Assembly (NCBI GenBank): GCA_963665815.1
Contig: OY762463.1
Location: forward strand, 2,880,001 to 2,944,000
Reading direction: 5' to 3'
Source: Candidatus Cloacimonadales bacterium
Lineage (GTDB): Bacteria; Cloacimonadota; Cloacimonadia; Cloacimonadales; JAIOQZ01
Length of the DNA stretch: 64,000 nucleotides
In this document: positions 28,957 through 40,499 of the stretch, in pieces
Position numbering within the stretch: the first letter of the stretch is position 1
How the letters are laid out: every line of letters begins with the position of its first letter
Notes under the pieces: model-generated
Database searches by the model: none
What the model was told of the DNA's origin: nothing
Seen by the model: the letters and a program-made list of their open reading frames with translations, nothing else
Translations under genes and position numbers: made by a program

Positions 28957-29021
28957 TTTTTTCTTGACACCTATCACAGACTGATTATCTTTTGGGTAAA
29001 GAAAACAAAAATGGAGGAAAA

Positions 29022-31592
29022 ATGAACTTTTCAAAATTTACAGTGAAATCTCAGGAAGTAATTCAGAATGCTGTCCAGATTGCCCGTGAAAACGGTCATC
29101 AGGAAGCAAAATCACCCCACCTTCTGCTTTCATTGCTTAATACGGAAGATTCATTTGCAGATTCCCTGCTTAAGAAAATGGATGTGGACATAAATCTCCT
29201 TCAGGAACAGCTTCAGAACAGTCTCAGCAAATATCCTAAAATTCAGAACTTGCAGCAGGCTTATCTGTCTCAGGAGTTGGATTCAATACTGAGAGATTCT
29301 GAAAAAAAAGCAAAATCCATGGCAGATGAATTTATCAGCATTGAGCATATAATGTTGTCACTTGTAGATAAAGCAGTTGATGCTGCTCAGCTGATTAAAG
29401 CCTTCGGCATCAAAAAAGATACACTCCTGACAGCACTGAAAGATATAAGGGGATCACAGAGAGTAACTGATCAAAATCCCGAAAACAAGTATCAGGTACT
29501 GAAAAAGTACACCCGAAATCTGACCGAACTTGCTTCTCAGGGCAAACTAGACCCTGTTATAGGACGTGATGATGAGATAAGACGCATAATTCAAATTTTA
29601 TCGAGAAGAAGAAAAAATAATCCGGTACTGATAGGTGAACCGGGAGTTGGTAAGACAGCAATTATAGAAGGTCTTGCCAGAAGAGTTATTAATAATGATG
29701 TCCCTGAACCCTTAAAAAACAAAAAGATCCTTGAACTTGACATGGGCTCACTTATTGCGGGAGCAAAATTCAGAGGAGAATTCGAAGACAGACTTAAAGC
29801 AGTTTTAAAAGAAGTAGAAAGCTCTGAAGGGAGCATTATTCTGTTTATTGATGAACTTCATACAGTTGTAGGAGCAGGTGCAGCAGAAGGTGCTGTGGAT
29901 GCATCCAACATGCTTAAACCGGCATTGGCAAGAGGATTTCTGCACTGTATTGGAGCAACAACTCTGGATGAATACAGAAAATATATTGAGAAAGATTCCG
30001 CCCTTGAAAGGCGTTTCCAGCCTGTTCATGCAAAAGAGCCAACTCTGGAAGATACAATATCAATCCTCAGAGGAATTAAGGATAAATATGAGGTTCACCA
30101 TGGAGTACAGATCACAGATTCATCATTGGTTGCCTGTGCCGTACTTTCTGACAGATACATTTCCGACAGATTCCTTCCTGATAAAGCTATTGACCTGATG
30201 GATGAAGCCTGCTCCTATCTTAAGATGCAAATTGATTCCCTACCGGAAGAACTGGATGAGATTGAAAGAAAAATCAGGCAGCTTGAAATAGAAAAACTAT
30301 CTATCCAACAGGAAAAGAGTAAGACTTCTGAATCAAAACTGAAGATGGTTAAAGCTCAGATTTCTGAGCTTTCAGACAAGCAGAAAGATCTTCGTGCTCG
30401 CTGGAACTACGAGAAACAGCTTCTGAATGATATTGGAACAACATCCGAGCAGATTGAGTCAACAAAATCTCAGGCAGAGATTTATGAACGCCAGGGTGAA
30501 TATAACAAAGTTGCAGAATTAAAATACGGAAAACTGGTTGAGCTGCAGAATAAACTGACTGATCTCAAGGGTAAACTACAGGAAATTCCTTCAGATAAGC
30601 AACTCCTCAAAGAGGAAATATCCGAAGAAATCATTGCAACTATCGTTTCACGCTGGACAGGTATTCCTGTATCCAAACTTGTACAGGGTGAGATGGATAA
30701 ACTACTCAAAATGGAGCAGAAGCTCTCTGAAAGAGTGATTGGACAGGATAAAGGCATAACAGCCCTGAGTAATGCTATCAGGAGATCCAGAGCCGGTATA
30801 GCTGATTCTTCCAAGCCAATTGGTTCATTCTTGTTTCTTGGTCCTACCGGGGTAGGTAAAACAGAACTGGCTAAAACCCTTGCTGATTTCATGTTCAATA
30901 CAGAAAAAGCACTGATCAGAATTGATATGTCTGAGTACATGGAAAAACACTCTGTGGCAAAACTGATTGGTGCACCTCCCGGATATATAGGCTACGATCA
31001 GGGAGGATACCTCACAGAATCAGTCAGAAGATCACCATACAGTGTAATCCTTCTGGATGAGATTGAGAAAGCCCATTCGGATGTCTTCAATATTCTGCTT
31101 CAGATTCTGGATGACGGAAGACTTACAGACAGCAAAGGCAGAACTGTAGATTTTAAGAATACTGTGATCATAATGACTTCCAATATGGGATCTGATTTGA
31201 TTTTTGAAGCTGAAAATCCGGAAGATATTGAGAACAGTATTATGGAGATTATGAAGCAGTATCTCAGACCGGAATTTATCAATAGATTGGATGAAATCAT
31301 CATGTTCCACAAACTGAACAGCAGCCAGATAAGCAAAATTGTTAAGCTCCAACTCGACAATCTTGTAAAAAGGTTGCAGAGTAGCGAAATTCATTTAACT
31401 TATACTGTAAATGTTCTTAACAAAATAGCTGAGGTCGGATACGATCCGCAGTACGGAGCACGACCTGTCAAACGAGCTGTACAGAAATATATTGAGAATG
31501 AGTTATCCAGATTTATCATTGGAAACATGGATGTAAAAGCGGTAAATGTAGACTTTATCAACGATGAATTTGTGTTTGATAAAACTAACTGA
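29022..31592 (+). CDS. clpB: ATP-dependent chaperone ClpB
   Basis: Two AAA+ domains ([16 protein letters not shown]), long coiled-coil middle domain, [12 protein letters not shown] 29022 follows ggagg. Confidence 0.96.
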   Translation: MNFSKFTVKSQEVIQNAVQIARENGHQEAKSPHLLLSLLNTEDSFADSLLKKMDVDINLLQEQLQNSLSKYPKIQNLQQAYLSQELDSILRDSEKKAKSMADEFISIEHIMLSLVDKAVDAAQLIKAFGIKKDTLLTALKDIRGSQRVTDQNPENKYQVLKKYTRNLTELASQGKLDPVIGRDDEIRRIIQILSRRRKNNPVLIGEPGVGKTAIIEGLARRVINNDVPEPLKNKKILELDMGSLIAGAKFRGEFEDRLKAVLKEVESSEGSIILFIDELHTVVGAGAAEGAVDASNMLKPALARGFLHCIGATTLDEYRKYIEKDSALERRFQPVHAKEPTLEDTISILRGIKDKYEVHHGVQITDSSLVACAVLSDRYISDRFLPDKAIDLMDEACSYLKMQIDSLPEELDEIERKIRQLEIEKLSIQQEKSKTSESKLKMVKAQISELSDKQKDLRARWNYEKQLLNDIGTTSEQIESTKSQAEIYERQGEYNKVAELKYGKLVELQNKLTDLKGKLQEIPSDKQLLKEEISEEIIATIVSRWTGIPVSKLVQGEMDKLLKMEQKLSERVIGQDKGITALSNAIRRSRAGIADSSKPIGSFLFLGPTGVGKTELAKTLADFMFNTEKALIRIDMSEYMEKHSVAKLIGAPPGYIGYDQGGYLTESVRRSPYSVILLDEIEKAHSDVFNILLQILDDGRLTDSKGRTVDFKNTVIIMTSNMGSDLIFEAENPEDIENSIMEIMKQYLRPEFINRLDEIIMFHKLNSSQISKIVKLQLDNLVKRLQSSEIHLTYTVNVLNKIAEVGYDPQYGARPVKRAVQKYIENELSRFIIGNMDVKAVNVDFINDEFVFDKTN

Positions 31593-31637
31593 AAAGAAAA
31601 AATTTGACATTTAAAAACAGGAAATGAAGGTAATGAC

Positions 31638-31910
31638 ATGATAAAAAAAGAAATAACTATTGAAAATCCGTTAGGTCTTCATGCCAGACCTTCTGCACTT
31701 TTGTGTCAGATAGCTCAGCAATACAGAGCTGACTTATCCATTACTAAGGATGACATCAGAGTCAATGGTAAATCCATTCTTGGAGTACTGAGTCTGGCTG
31801 CTGAGCATGGTTCTGTTCTGGAACTTGAAGTATCAGGACCTGACGAAGATACCCTATTGAAGGACTTGATGGGGATATTCAGTTCAAATTTTGAAGATGC
31901 TTACATATGA
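31638..31910 (+). CDS. ptsH: Phosphocarrier protein HPr
   Basis: GLHARP (His15) and GKSILGV (Ser46) motifs. Confidence 0.93.
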   Translation: MIKKEITIENPLGLHARPSALLCQIAQQYRADLSITKDDIRVNGKSILGVLSLAAEHGSVLELEVSGPDEDTLLKDLMGIFSSNFEDAYI

Positions 31911-31937
31911 TATTTGACATATTGTCTTGTAAAGACA

Positions 31938-31967
31938 GAAGGCTGTGAATTAGTTTTCACAGCCTTC
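31938..31967. terminator. Terminator between convergent genes
   Basis: gaaggctgtgaa/ttcacagccttc perfect 12-bp stem. Confidence 0.75.
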
Positions 31968-31987
31968 ATTTTATAAATTAGAAAAAT

Positions 31988-34813
31988 TTACTTCATTAAT
32001 ACCATTTTCTTTGTTACAACAGTATTTCCTGAATTCAGTCTGTAAAAATATACTCCTGAGCTTACATCAGTTGAATTACTGTCTTTTCCATTCCAGATAA
32101 TGCTGTGATTACCTGAATCAAGCTGATCGTTAACAAGTGTTTTGACAAGCTGACCCTTAATGTTATACACGGATAATTTAACATTACCTGAGTTCTTCAG
32201 ATTGAAACTTATAGTTGTTTCAGGGTTGAAAGGATTAGGGTAATTTGATACTCCAAAAACTGGTTTGGATACATTATTGTTGGATACAGTCGATCCAAGA
32301 ATAACTCTGAGCATCATATTCTTATCCTGATCCATTGACCAGTCATCCTGAATCTGAGCTCTGACATAGGTTCTGCCAAAAGTATCACTGTCGTATCCGG
32401 TATGGATATCATCATTGCCTGTGAGACCTACATACACGTTTCCATTCTCAAATGTAGCATTAATATACTCAGGTACTCTTATAAAGTTCCAGCCTGTTGT
32501 CAGTTCGTCAGCACTGACATCGAATGATGCAAAAACATTCTCAGGATGATTGCTGCCATCCCAGAACTTGAGTTGAATGTCAGATGTAGTTACATCAGCG
32601 AGATAGAGTTGAATCCAGTCAATCTCCAGATCAGATAATTCATTTGTGCCAAGATCAAAATCTGTACTACTGAACATGTTTGCTAGGAAGTGCACGTGTG
32701 GATAATCGTACATTCCATTGGCTACACCATCATCATTAAAAAGTAAATGAGTATTTTCCGGAATATATGTTGGAAATGAGTAATTCATCTCAGAACTTGT
32801 ATAAACCGGTAAATCATAATCTGCAGTAATAGCATACTGGCAGATATTATCTGTTACAGGACTGTTATCTGTGAATAAAACTGCATTCGGAGCAATATTA
32901 TCTTCAAGAAGTACATAATCAGAAGATGGACCTTCTTTTCTGTATATTGAATATCCTGTTCTCTGGATTTCTCTATCATTATTTGTTATCTGAATCGGAT
33001 TTCCGTTAGCATCTTCAATATATGCTTTAATTATCCAGTTAAGACCAGAGTTGTATTCCCATGGATAAACATCAACTTTATAGTAACCTGAGTTGTTGTT
33101 AACAGCAGTTTCAGCTATGCCGCAAGCTGTTGTGTCAATTCCAATCGAGGAATATCCGACCATGTATTCGCGTCCATAGACAATTTCAACAGGAGAGTTA
33201 AGGATTACTTCAGTTAATGTATCCGGGTTCACAGTAACGGGCTGTTCGCAAAGTAGCTCGAAGTTTGATGTAACATCCCAGATTTTAACACTGTACTGGT
33301 CCAGAGGCGAAGTACCCCAGAAAGCAACTTTAGTAATGCTGTTGCCAATATAATCAACAAGATCATTTGCTCTGTATCTATTACCAACATCAAATACAAG
33401 TTCTTCGTCTACAGATACATAACTCCATAATTCATCAGGAGTCCAGGAAAGCCATCCTGTAGAACTATTATAGTCTTCCGGAGCTGTCCAGGCAAGATTT
33501 ACTACATCAGCAGCTTGTGTTGAGATTCTTAAATCCTGTGGGGCTGCCGGTTGTGAAAAGTAGTTTCTTATTTGGAAATCATCGATATATATACCGTTCC
33601 CGGAGTTATCTGTACTATTAGTGTTTAAGGTGAACTTGAATTGAACAGGTCTTCCGGCAAATCTATCAAGATTATTGGTTCCGTTATACTCTGTGAAATT
33701 TTCAAGTGCAAAGATGTAATCAATATGATTCCATTCTGAATTTTGAGTTATATGTGAGTTATTGAAGTGCATTCTTGTCCAGTATGTATCGTTTACTTGT
33801 TTAATACTGACAGTGTAATAATCATTTAGCAGGTATGAGTCAGTATCACCAATATCAGGGAGATCTAATTTCACCCAGTAAGAAATTTGATTTGATCCGG
33901 AGATCGGAATATTAATAATGGGACTGATCACATCATTTTGCAGTCCTGTTTCAACGGGACAATGATATGCTCCGGAGCTGTTATGAGTTTCATCAGTCAC
34001 ATGTTCCCAGAAAGATCCGCCTACAACACCGGCGAAACCCGGAACAAGTTGCGAATCACCTGCTGCACCATCAGCATCACTTACGAGAAGACCTGCAATA
34101 TTGATATCATCAAGCTGAACACCAAACCATTCGGGATTTCCGTCTGCATCATTAGTACATGAGTTACCGTCTGAGCCAAAAGCAAATCGGATTCTCACAT
34201 TCTGCCCCGCATAATTACTGAGATCAAAATTAGAATTGATCCAGCCATTACTGTTTCCTGACCAGCACGATACACCAACACCTTCATCAAAAATATCACC
34301 AAATGCATGGCAGCTTGTATTATCATACTGTGGGCTTCCGCTCAGGACTGTCCAGTTAAGACCGTCATCCGTAGATATTCTTACATTGAAACCATCCCAG
34401 GCATTATAGCCAGCTGGAAATTCTCCAGTTGCCTCTTCAATATAATATTTCATTTTGAAAGTGAGAGTTGCGTTACTCGGCAAAGTTAGCAATGGAGAAT
34501 CCAGAACAACATACCTTTCGTTGTGATATCCGTTAATTTCTTCATCAGCCATCCACCAGAAGTGACCATAATCACTTGTGGATTCAGATACGTGCCACGC
34601 TTCAGTCCAGTTTTCAGGTTCTGTTGCATCAGCGATTCGCCATTCATTATCTGCTGATTCAAAACCTTCTGAATAAACTATATTATATGGCCTTTCCGGC
34701 TGTTCCCTGTCCAGAACAGGACGAACATTCAATTCACTGAGATTATAACTCGGATGTGAAGCAAACAGTGTTATTGATATAAGAACTACTGACAGCAATC
34801 CGATAAATTTCAT
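31988..34813 (-). CDS. Secreted multidomain protein (jelly-roll/cleaved-adhesin-like and FN3-like) with FlgD-Ig/T9SS-type C-terminal domain
   Basis: Signal peptide; [19 protein letters not shown] and GIYIDDF motifs; [20 protein letters not shown]...KKMVLMK tail. Confidence 0.8.
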   Translation of the reverse strand: MKFIGLLSVVLISITLFASHPSYNLSELNVRPVLDREQPERPYNIVYSEGFESADNEWRIADATEPENWTEAWHVSESTSDYGHFWWMADEEINGYHNERYVVLDSPLLTLPSNATLTFKMKYYIEEATGEFPAGYNAWDGFNVRISTDDGLNWTVLSGSPQYDNTSCHAFGDIFDEGVGVSCWSGNSNGWINSNFDLSNYAGQNVRIRFAFGSDGNSCTNDADGNPEWFGVQLDDINIAGLLVSDADGAAGDSQLVPGFAGVVGGSFWEHVTDETHNSSGAYHCPVETGLQNDVISPIINIPISGSNQISYWVKLDLPDIGDTDSYLLNDYYTVSIKQVNDTYWTRMHFNNSHITQNSEWNHIDYIFALENFTEYNGTNNLDRFAGRPVQFKFTLNTNSTDNSGNGIYIDDFQIRNYFSQPAAPQDLRISTQAADVVNLAWTAPEDYNSSTGWLSWTPDELWSYVSVDEELVFDVGNRYRANDLVDYIGNSITKVAFWGTSPLDQYSVKIWDVTSNFELLCEQPVTVNPDTLTEVILNSPVEIVYGREYMVGYSSIGIDTTACGIAETAVNNNSGYYKVDVYPWEYNSGLNWIIKAYIEDANGNPIQITNNDREIQRTGYSIYRKEGPSSDYVLLEDNIAPNAVLFTDNSPVTDNICQYAITADYDLPVYTSSEMNYSFPTYIPENTHLLFNDDGVANGMYDYPHVHFLANMFSSTDFDLGTNELSDLEIDWIQLYLADVTTSDIQLKFWDGSNHPENVFASFDVSADELTTGWNFIRVPEYINATFENGNVYVGLTGNDDIHTGYDSDTFGRTYVRAQIQDDWSMDQDKNMMLRVILGSTVSNNNVSKPVFGVSNYPNPFNPETTISFNLKNSGNVKLSVYNIKGQLVKTLVNDQLDSGNHSIIWNGKDSNSTDVSSGVYFYRLNSGNTVVTKKMVLMK

Positions 34814-34959
34814 ATATTCTCCTACATATTGAGATTTTTACATAATAACGTGTTTCTGATTTCATTGTTACCTAATTATGCAAAGGTTCTCATGTTATTT
34901 TTTTGCTTTTTATAAGTCGTATATATCTATTTGTGTAAAGCTTTTTTTCAAGTATTTAC

Positions 34960-35529
34960 TTAATCGTAAGATATTTGGAGTTTGAAATTCCTGTCAGGCA
35001 TGAAGTTTTTCTTACTCCATAAATAGTATCTGTAGTTTCCTGATGCAGATTCAGAATCAGGTTTATAAGCAAAATTGTCTATGGTGATATCTGATTGTAC
35101 TTTCAGCTTATAGGTTACTTCCTCAAATTCTTCTTTCCATTTTTTTGTCGTAAGCAGAATATACTCAACATGATTACCAAGAAAAGGTTGTTTATAGCCG
35201 ACATTATAACTTACAACACTTTCGGGTGGTATCATTACAGTAAAATAAGATCCATGATTATCATTCTTAACAAGAGCGTTTGAAGAGTCTTCACAACAGT
35301 ATGCAAAAATCGAATCTGGTTCCAGATAAGTTGAATCCTTAGGATATGGGTAAAACATAGTTGTTTTCACATATTCATCCGTATTGTTTCTGAAAAAGTA
35401 AATGCCATCAATATAGAAAGCATTTTCTTTCAGAGTAAAATCAATATCCTCCCGGATAAATGAAATCTGCCCTGCCTGAAGCAAATTAAGCACAACAGAC
35501 AGGACAACTGTTAAATATACTTTTCTCAT
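34960..35529 (-). CDS. Hypothetical secreted protein (DUF4424-like)
   Basis: Signal peptide; ISFIREDI, YILLTTKKW and NFMPDRN segments; start codon overlaps the upstream stop. Confidence 0.55.
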   Translation of the reverse strand: MRKVYLTVVLSVVLNLLQAGQISFIREDIDFTLKENAFYIDGIYFFRNNTDEYVKTTMFYPYPKDSTYLEPDSIFAYCCEDSSNALVKNDNHGSYFTVMIPPESVVSYNVGYKQPFLGNHVEYILLTTKKWKEEFEEVTYKLKVQSDITIDNFAYKPDSESASGNYRYYLWSKKNFMPDRNFKLQISYD

Positions 35530-36563
35530 TATTTCAATAATGTCATTTTATTTACAGATAGAATATTGCCGTCAGCTTTGAGCCTGCAATAATATATCCC
35601 GGATGCAGTCTTTCTTCCTGAGCTGTCCTTACCATTCCATGTAACTGAGTTTTCCCCAATAGCCATATTGCTGACTGGGATTGATCGGACTATCTGACCT
35701 TTTGTGTTGAACACTTCTACTTTTACATCAGAGTATTGTTTTTTTAGTGAAAACACTATTTCTGTTTCTGGGTTGAATGGATTCGGATAGTTTGCAATCC
35801 TCAATTCAGATTGAGGAATTGTTTCCTCGTCGATTCCCTGTGAGTAATTATCAAGAGTTATGGTTATTGAATCAGTTGTCCCCGGATCTCCCATATAGCT
35901 GTAAGAATCATACAGTGTTGAGTTGATATAAGTCTGCAGCTGAACTCGCCTACAAGGTAAACTGGAGCGAACATATATACCGTTTGATTGATTTCCCAAG
36001 CTTTGTCCATCCCATTGGTTTCCGTCAAAAGTTATTTCAGCATTATCTACTTCTCTACCGTTAGAATCGAGTAGCTTAACAGTTAAATCTGTAAAAGGAT
36101 TTCCAAGACTGTCAGCATGGCACCACCAGAATATAAAGCTTTCATTGCAATATAATGGCACTATTTTAAGTATATCCCCGGCTGTCAGCGAATTAAGCGG
36201 GGTGCCCTGTCCATACTGGCAAGGACAGACATCACCTGTGATGCTTATATTATCTCCGGCTGGAGTAATTTTTAAATCTGTTCCCAGATCAATTGATGAT
36301 ATTACAGGGGAAGTCCAGATAGTATCATCAGATGAATAATATACATAGAAGTCAACACTTCCATTGTTACAGTTAAATGTGTACTGGAGTGAATCATCGC
36401 GCGAAACTGAATTTGCTCTGCCTAAGATATGTTCCTCCATTGTAATTTCCCAATTTCCCTGATCATCCAACAGTTTAATCTGAGTCAACACAGGTACAAC
36501 AATTGGATTTGCAAACAATATCCCTATAGATATAAATAGAAGATATAGTAATTTTGTTTTCAT
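35529..36563 (-). CDS. Secreted protein with FlgD-Ig/T9SS-type C-terminal domain
   Basis: Signal peptide; [10 protein letters not shown]...WNGKD...KMTLLK. Confidence 0.8.
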   Translation of the reverse strand: MKTKLLYLLFISIGILFANPIVVPVLTQIKLLDDQGNWEITMEEHILGRANSVSRDDSLQYTFNCNNGSVDFYVYYSSDDTIWTSPVISSIDLGTDLKITPAGDNISITGDVCPCQYGQGTPLNSLTAGDILKIVPLYCNESFIFWWCHADSLGNPFTDLTVKLLDSNGREVDNAEITFDGNQWDGQSLGNQSNGIYVRSSLPCRRVQLQTYINSTLYDSYSYMGDPGTTDSITITLDNYSQGIDEETIPQSELRIANYPNPFNPETEIVFSLKKQYSDVKVEVFNTKGQIVRSIPVSNMAIGENSVTWNGKDSSGRKTASGIYYCRLKADGNILSVNKMTLLK

Positions 36564-36649
36564 TGATTAACCTCCTAATGACTAATTAATTTATTGCCCA
36601 ATATTTATTTACGCATCATTTTATTATGCAAAATTTATTCCAAAAAAAA

Positions 36650-37201
36650 TTATTCTTTAAATACTCTTTCCGTATTCCATGTTAAATCACAGTTCTTAAC
36701 AAAATTAACCAGATTTCTGATGTCATTGTAAGCATCTTCAGGTGTGTAAGACATATCGATATCTTTTACTACTCTGTATTCCTTGAAAGTCATTCTGAAA
36801 AAATCAAAAGGTTCCATAGCTTTAAGAAGCTCAATATTCTGTTTAGACAATGTTACCTCGGCAACATCCTTTTCGACATCCCTTAGATTGTATACTTCAT
36901 TGAATTTTGCATCATTCAGCTTTACAGCACGTGATAACTTCCATTTATCAAGAAATCTTGTGAGCTTGTTGAAATGTGTTATAAACATGTAATGTTGTGT
37001 TTTGAAGTTAATCTCGATCTTAACTTCCTTGCGTGACATAAAATCAAACTTTACAGGATATTTGTCTACAGTACCGAATAATCTTGGAATTGAACCAAGA
37101 TTTTCCCCGGATCCACTTCTTCTGTCAATTACCAACTCAGATACGATTTCCGATTCCTTAAGCAAAGTTGAAAGTTCGTTCAGAAAATTGTCACCAACCA
37201 T
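36650..37201 (-). CDS. Hypothetical protein
   Basis: 183-aa ORF with an SD (aagga) and plausible codon usage. Confidence 0.6.
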   Translation of the reverse strand: MVGDNFLNELSTLLKESEIVSELVIDRRSGSGENLGSIPRLFGTVDKYPVKFDFMSRKEVKIEINFKTQHYMFITHFNKLTRFLDKWKLSRAVKLNDAKFNEVYNLRDVEKDVAEVTLSKQNIELLKAMEPFDFFRMTFKEYRVVKDIDMSYTPEDAYNDIRNLVNFVKNCDLTWNTERVFKE

Positions 37202-37299
37202 ATAACCGTCCTTTATAGTTTATAAGCCAATTAAGGACGTTTTATCTTCAAATGTCAATAATAAAATTTGTTCAGGATAAGATTAATTACTTATCAAGA

Positions 37300-38043
37300 T
37301 TAAAGATATTTCTTATATAAACTACATCCGAGGGACATGATCCCGTAATGTCGTATTACAAGGAATGTGAGCGGGAGGGTTACGAGCAGTCCGAATCCAA
37401 GCAGAAGAGTAGAAACAATAATATACACAAACATAATAAACGCTATGAAAAACTGCTGCCAGCGAGTTTCAGCTCCGCCTTTGTAAGCAGCATAAACAGC
37501 CTTAAACGGATTAACATTGTATCTGTTCATGATGAATGGAACCGGGATTACTATAGCTGCCCAGTATAATACTAACACCAGTCGAACAAGGTGAAGGATA
37601 GGGTCAAATACAAAACTGAATACCGGCTCTCCCGTACATACTACCTTAATTACAAAAAAGTATATTATGTTGATCAAAGTAAAAAGTAAATACTTTGGGT
37701 ATGATTTGAGGTTGGCAAAATAGTTGCCAGTTTTGAAATCGCAGATATTCGTAAATTCAAATGGGATCAATGCCAGTGGAATGAGAAGTGTCAAAGTACC
37801 ATTCAGAATGAAATACTTATCTCTCAAAAGAAAAGCTGCAGCACAAATTGGAAGCAGTATAATCAAAACATAGAATATCGAGAAGATATATGCTTTAGAT
37901 TTATCTTTTTTGATCTCGTTCCACGTTTCTCGTATTGCCTGTTTGGCAGAAAGCTTATCTTTTATGATAGTTGTTTCAGTTCCGCAATTCGTGCAGAAAA
38001 AAGCAAATTCATCAATATCTTTTTTACATTCTATACATCTCAT
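37300..38043 (-). CDS. Zinc-ribbon-containing membrane protein
   Basis: N-terminal CxxC...FCxxCG followed by about 5-6 TM segments. Confidence 0.75.
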   Translation of the reverse strand: MRCIECKKDIDEFAFFCTNCGTETTIIKDKLSAKQAIRETWNEIKKDKSKAYIFSIFYVLIILLPICAAAFLLRDKYFILNGTLTLLIPLALIPFEFTNICDFKTGNYFANLKSYPKYLLFTLINIIYFFVIKVVCTGEPVFSFVFDPILHLVRLVLVLYWAAIVIPVPFIMNRYNVNPFKAVYAAYKGGAETRWQQFFIAFIMFVYIIVSTLLLGFGLLVTLPLTFLVIRHYGIMSLGCSLYKKYL

Positions 38044-38622
38044 TGTAATTCCATCCGATTTGAATTTATTGTTAAAGGGATTAATATCTTTTTTTTTGTC
38101 AAATTAATTCCTGAATTAGGCATTTCTTCATTTTAATAGAGCTGCTCTGACTTAATGTCTATATACTGTTTTTTCGTGACTAAAAAAGATTATCTTTTAC
38201 TCATACTGCATTAACGAAAAGATTCCTGAAATATTAACAATTTATTCAAAAAATAAGAATATACATTTCAATTATATGAGATTTTCAATTTGATAGCAAC
38301 TTGAAATTTTTTAGATTGGATACTTCTTCATTTATTCTAAAATATAGTAATAATAGTATTGAGGCAAATTCTGAGTGTTAATCACCAATAACATTTATTT
38401 AAATATTTTTATAACAAATATAGAATTAAAAAGTTGCAATACTCGATTAGTCATAAACTATTGAAAAACAAACACATTTAAGCATTGTTTAATATATTTT
38501 ATAATAGCGGCATTAATTTTATAGGGATAAATATAATATTTTACTTGCCATAAATTCCATGCAGAAAAATCAGAGTATTAGAAATTATAATAATAGTAGA
38601 AAATATAATATAAGGAGTTTAA

Positions 38623-39186
38623 ATGTCAGCAACGAATATGACAATACTTGGATTTCTCATGTATAAGCCTATGCATGGCTATGAATTCAAAAGAGAAATT
38701 CAGTGTCGGAGTATGGAACTCTGGGCAGGGATCAAACTGCCAGCCATATATAAAGCACTGCCAAGACTGGAAGAAGATGGGTATATACTTGGTGAACTAA
38801 TCAAGGGTGATACATCTCCGGATAAGAAAGTTTATGAGATAACTGAATCGGGAAAGAAATACCTGAGGAAAATCGTGTTGAAGAAGCTTTTCGATATGAG
38901 TCAGCCAAAAGGGTTCTGGTTAGCACTTGTATTTATAAACGGAGTGATAAAACTTAGTGAATTCAAAGACGCATTGGAGCAGCAGTATGAATTCTATTAC
39001 AATGATTTCATCGGCAAAAAAGAATTCAGAAAAAACGTTGAAGAGCAGTATTTTTCACTACCATTTAACTGGCAGGCTATGCTTGATATGGGAACTGAGT
39101 TCTCTTACTATAATACAAAAATGTTTGAGAGTCTTCAAAGACTGTTAACATATAAAGAAAATCAGGAAATATTTTTACAGGAGTAG
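38623..39186 (+). CDS. PadR family transcriptional regulator
   Basis: ILGFL..PMHGYE, IYKAL.RLE..GYI and KKVYEITESGK motifs. Confidence 0.9.
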   Translation: MSATNMTILGFLMYKPMHGYEFKREIQCRSMELWAGIKLPAIYKALPRLEEDGYILGELIKGDTSPDKKVYEITESGKKYLRKIVLKKLFDMSQPKGFWLALVFINGVIKLSEFKDALEQQYEFYYNDFIGKKEFRKNVEEQYFSLPFNWQAMLDMGTEFSYYNTKMFESLQRLLTYKENQEIFLQE

Positions 39187-39188
39187 AA

Positions 39189-40499
39189 ATGAGGATAACA
39201 ATAATAATATGTTTAACTCTTATAGTCATGTTTTTACCTGCATTGGAGATTGATCTTGATCAGGCAAAGAGCTTAGCTCTGAAGAACAACCATTTATTGA
39301 AGAAAAGTGAGAAAGATTTGAAAGCATCACAATGGAATCTGATCAAGGCCTATAGTAATCTTGGACCATCAGTAGAGCTCACAGGATCGAAATCCTATTT
39401 CGATGACACTATTGTTATGCCGGCACCTGCAAATGCTTATGATGAGCAAAGCAGTCATGGATTCAGTATTTCTCAACCATTATTAGTGGGAGGGAGCCTT
39501 TTCCTGAATTCTAGAATTCAGAGCAATTCGAAAAAAATTGCAGTAGTTGGTTATTCTACTCAAAGGCTTCAGACAATTGCTGATGTGGAATCCAAATACT
39601 TCACTGTGCTTCAAAACGAGAATTTGCTGGAAGTAGCCAGAAAATCACTTAAGCATGCCAGAGAAAATGAGGCTATTGCTAAAGTCAGATATGATTCCGG
39701 TACGCTTACACAAGCGGAATATTTCAGAGTAAAATCTGAAACAGCTTCTCGTGAAGTGTCTATGCTGCAGGCTGAATCTGTATGGAACATCAGCAAAGAA
39801 GATCTGGCAAATTTTCTGGTAGTCAAAGAAGATCTGATTGTAAAGGAAATCATTCTGGCTCAGGTAGAATCAGAAGCATCAGGATATGACAGTTTTTCAA
39901 TATCCAATATTAATGAGTTTGTGAAAAATGCTGTTTCTTATGCAATGAATAACAATAACAGCCTGAAATCATCAAAACTTGGACTGAAAACAGCAAAGTT
40001 GAGTAAATATATGAGTGCCGGACAATTTTTACCAACAATTACACTTGGTTATTCAAAAAGCTGGGAAAAAAAGGGAGATAATGATGAAAACGACAGTGGA
40101 ACACTAAGACTGTCTGCCTCACTTCCGATTTTTCCTATAATTGATAATTTTTCGAGTTACAGAAGTTCAGCCAACAGTTATTCTTCAGCTTTCTACAATC
40201 ATGAGAACACAAAAGATCAGATTAGTCTTGCTGTAAAAAATTCTGCTTATGGGATGATAACTGCAGCAAAATCAATCAAATCTGCTAAACTGGCGCTTGA
40301 CTACGCAGAACAAACCTATATGCAGATGCAGGAAAGATTTCGACAGAATCTTATTTCTGCAACTGATCTTCTTGATACAGAGATAATGTACATCTCTACT
40401 CAGAATCAATATACAAAAAGTCTTTATGATTTTCTCAAAGCAAAATCAGCCTTATTAAATCAATTAGGAGTGGAAAATGAAATTCCGAATTTTAAATAA
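39189..40499 (+). CDS. TolC-family outer membrane efflux protein
   Basis: Signal peptide; two OEP-type repeats; position in an RND operon. Confidence 0.88.
   Translation: MRITIIICLTLIVMFLPALEIDLDQAKSLALKNNHLLKKSEKDLKASQWNLIKAYSNLGPSVELTGSKSYFDDTIVMPAPANAYDEQSSHGFSISQPLLVGGSLFLNSRIQSNSKKIAVVGYSTQRLQTIADVESKYFTVLQNENLLEVARKSLKHARENEAIAKVRYDSGTLTQAEYFRVKSETASREVSMLQAESVWNISKEDLANFLVVKEDLIVKEIILAQVESEASGYDSFSISNINEFVKNAVSYAMNNNNSLKSSKLGLKTAKLSKYMSAGQFLPTITLGYSKSWEKKGDNDENDSGTLRLSASLPIFPIIDNFSSYRSSANSYSSAFYNHENTKDQISLAVKNSAYGMITAAKSIKSAKLALDYAEQTYMQMQERFRQNLISATDLLDTEIMYISTQNQYTKSLYDFLKAKSALLNQLGVENEIPNFK

Noticed and set aside
28992-29021. Longest-ORF starts for clpB (and likewise groES, ppnP, the ATPase, rnhC, GGR, pepF, mnmE)
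   Set aside because: Downstream ATGs match family N-termini and mostly have well-placed SD sequences; several extensions run into promoters or neighbouring genes.
38044-38622. Replication origin
   Set aside because: AT-rich, but I see no TTATCCACA-type DnaA boxes and no dnaA/dnaN nearby.
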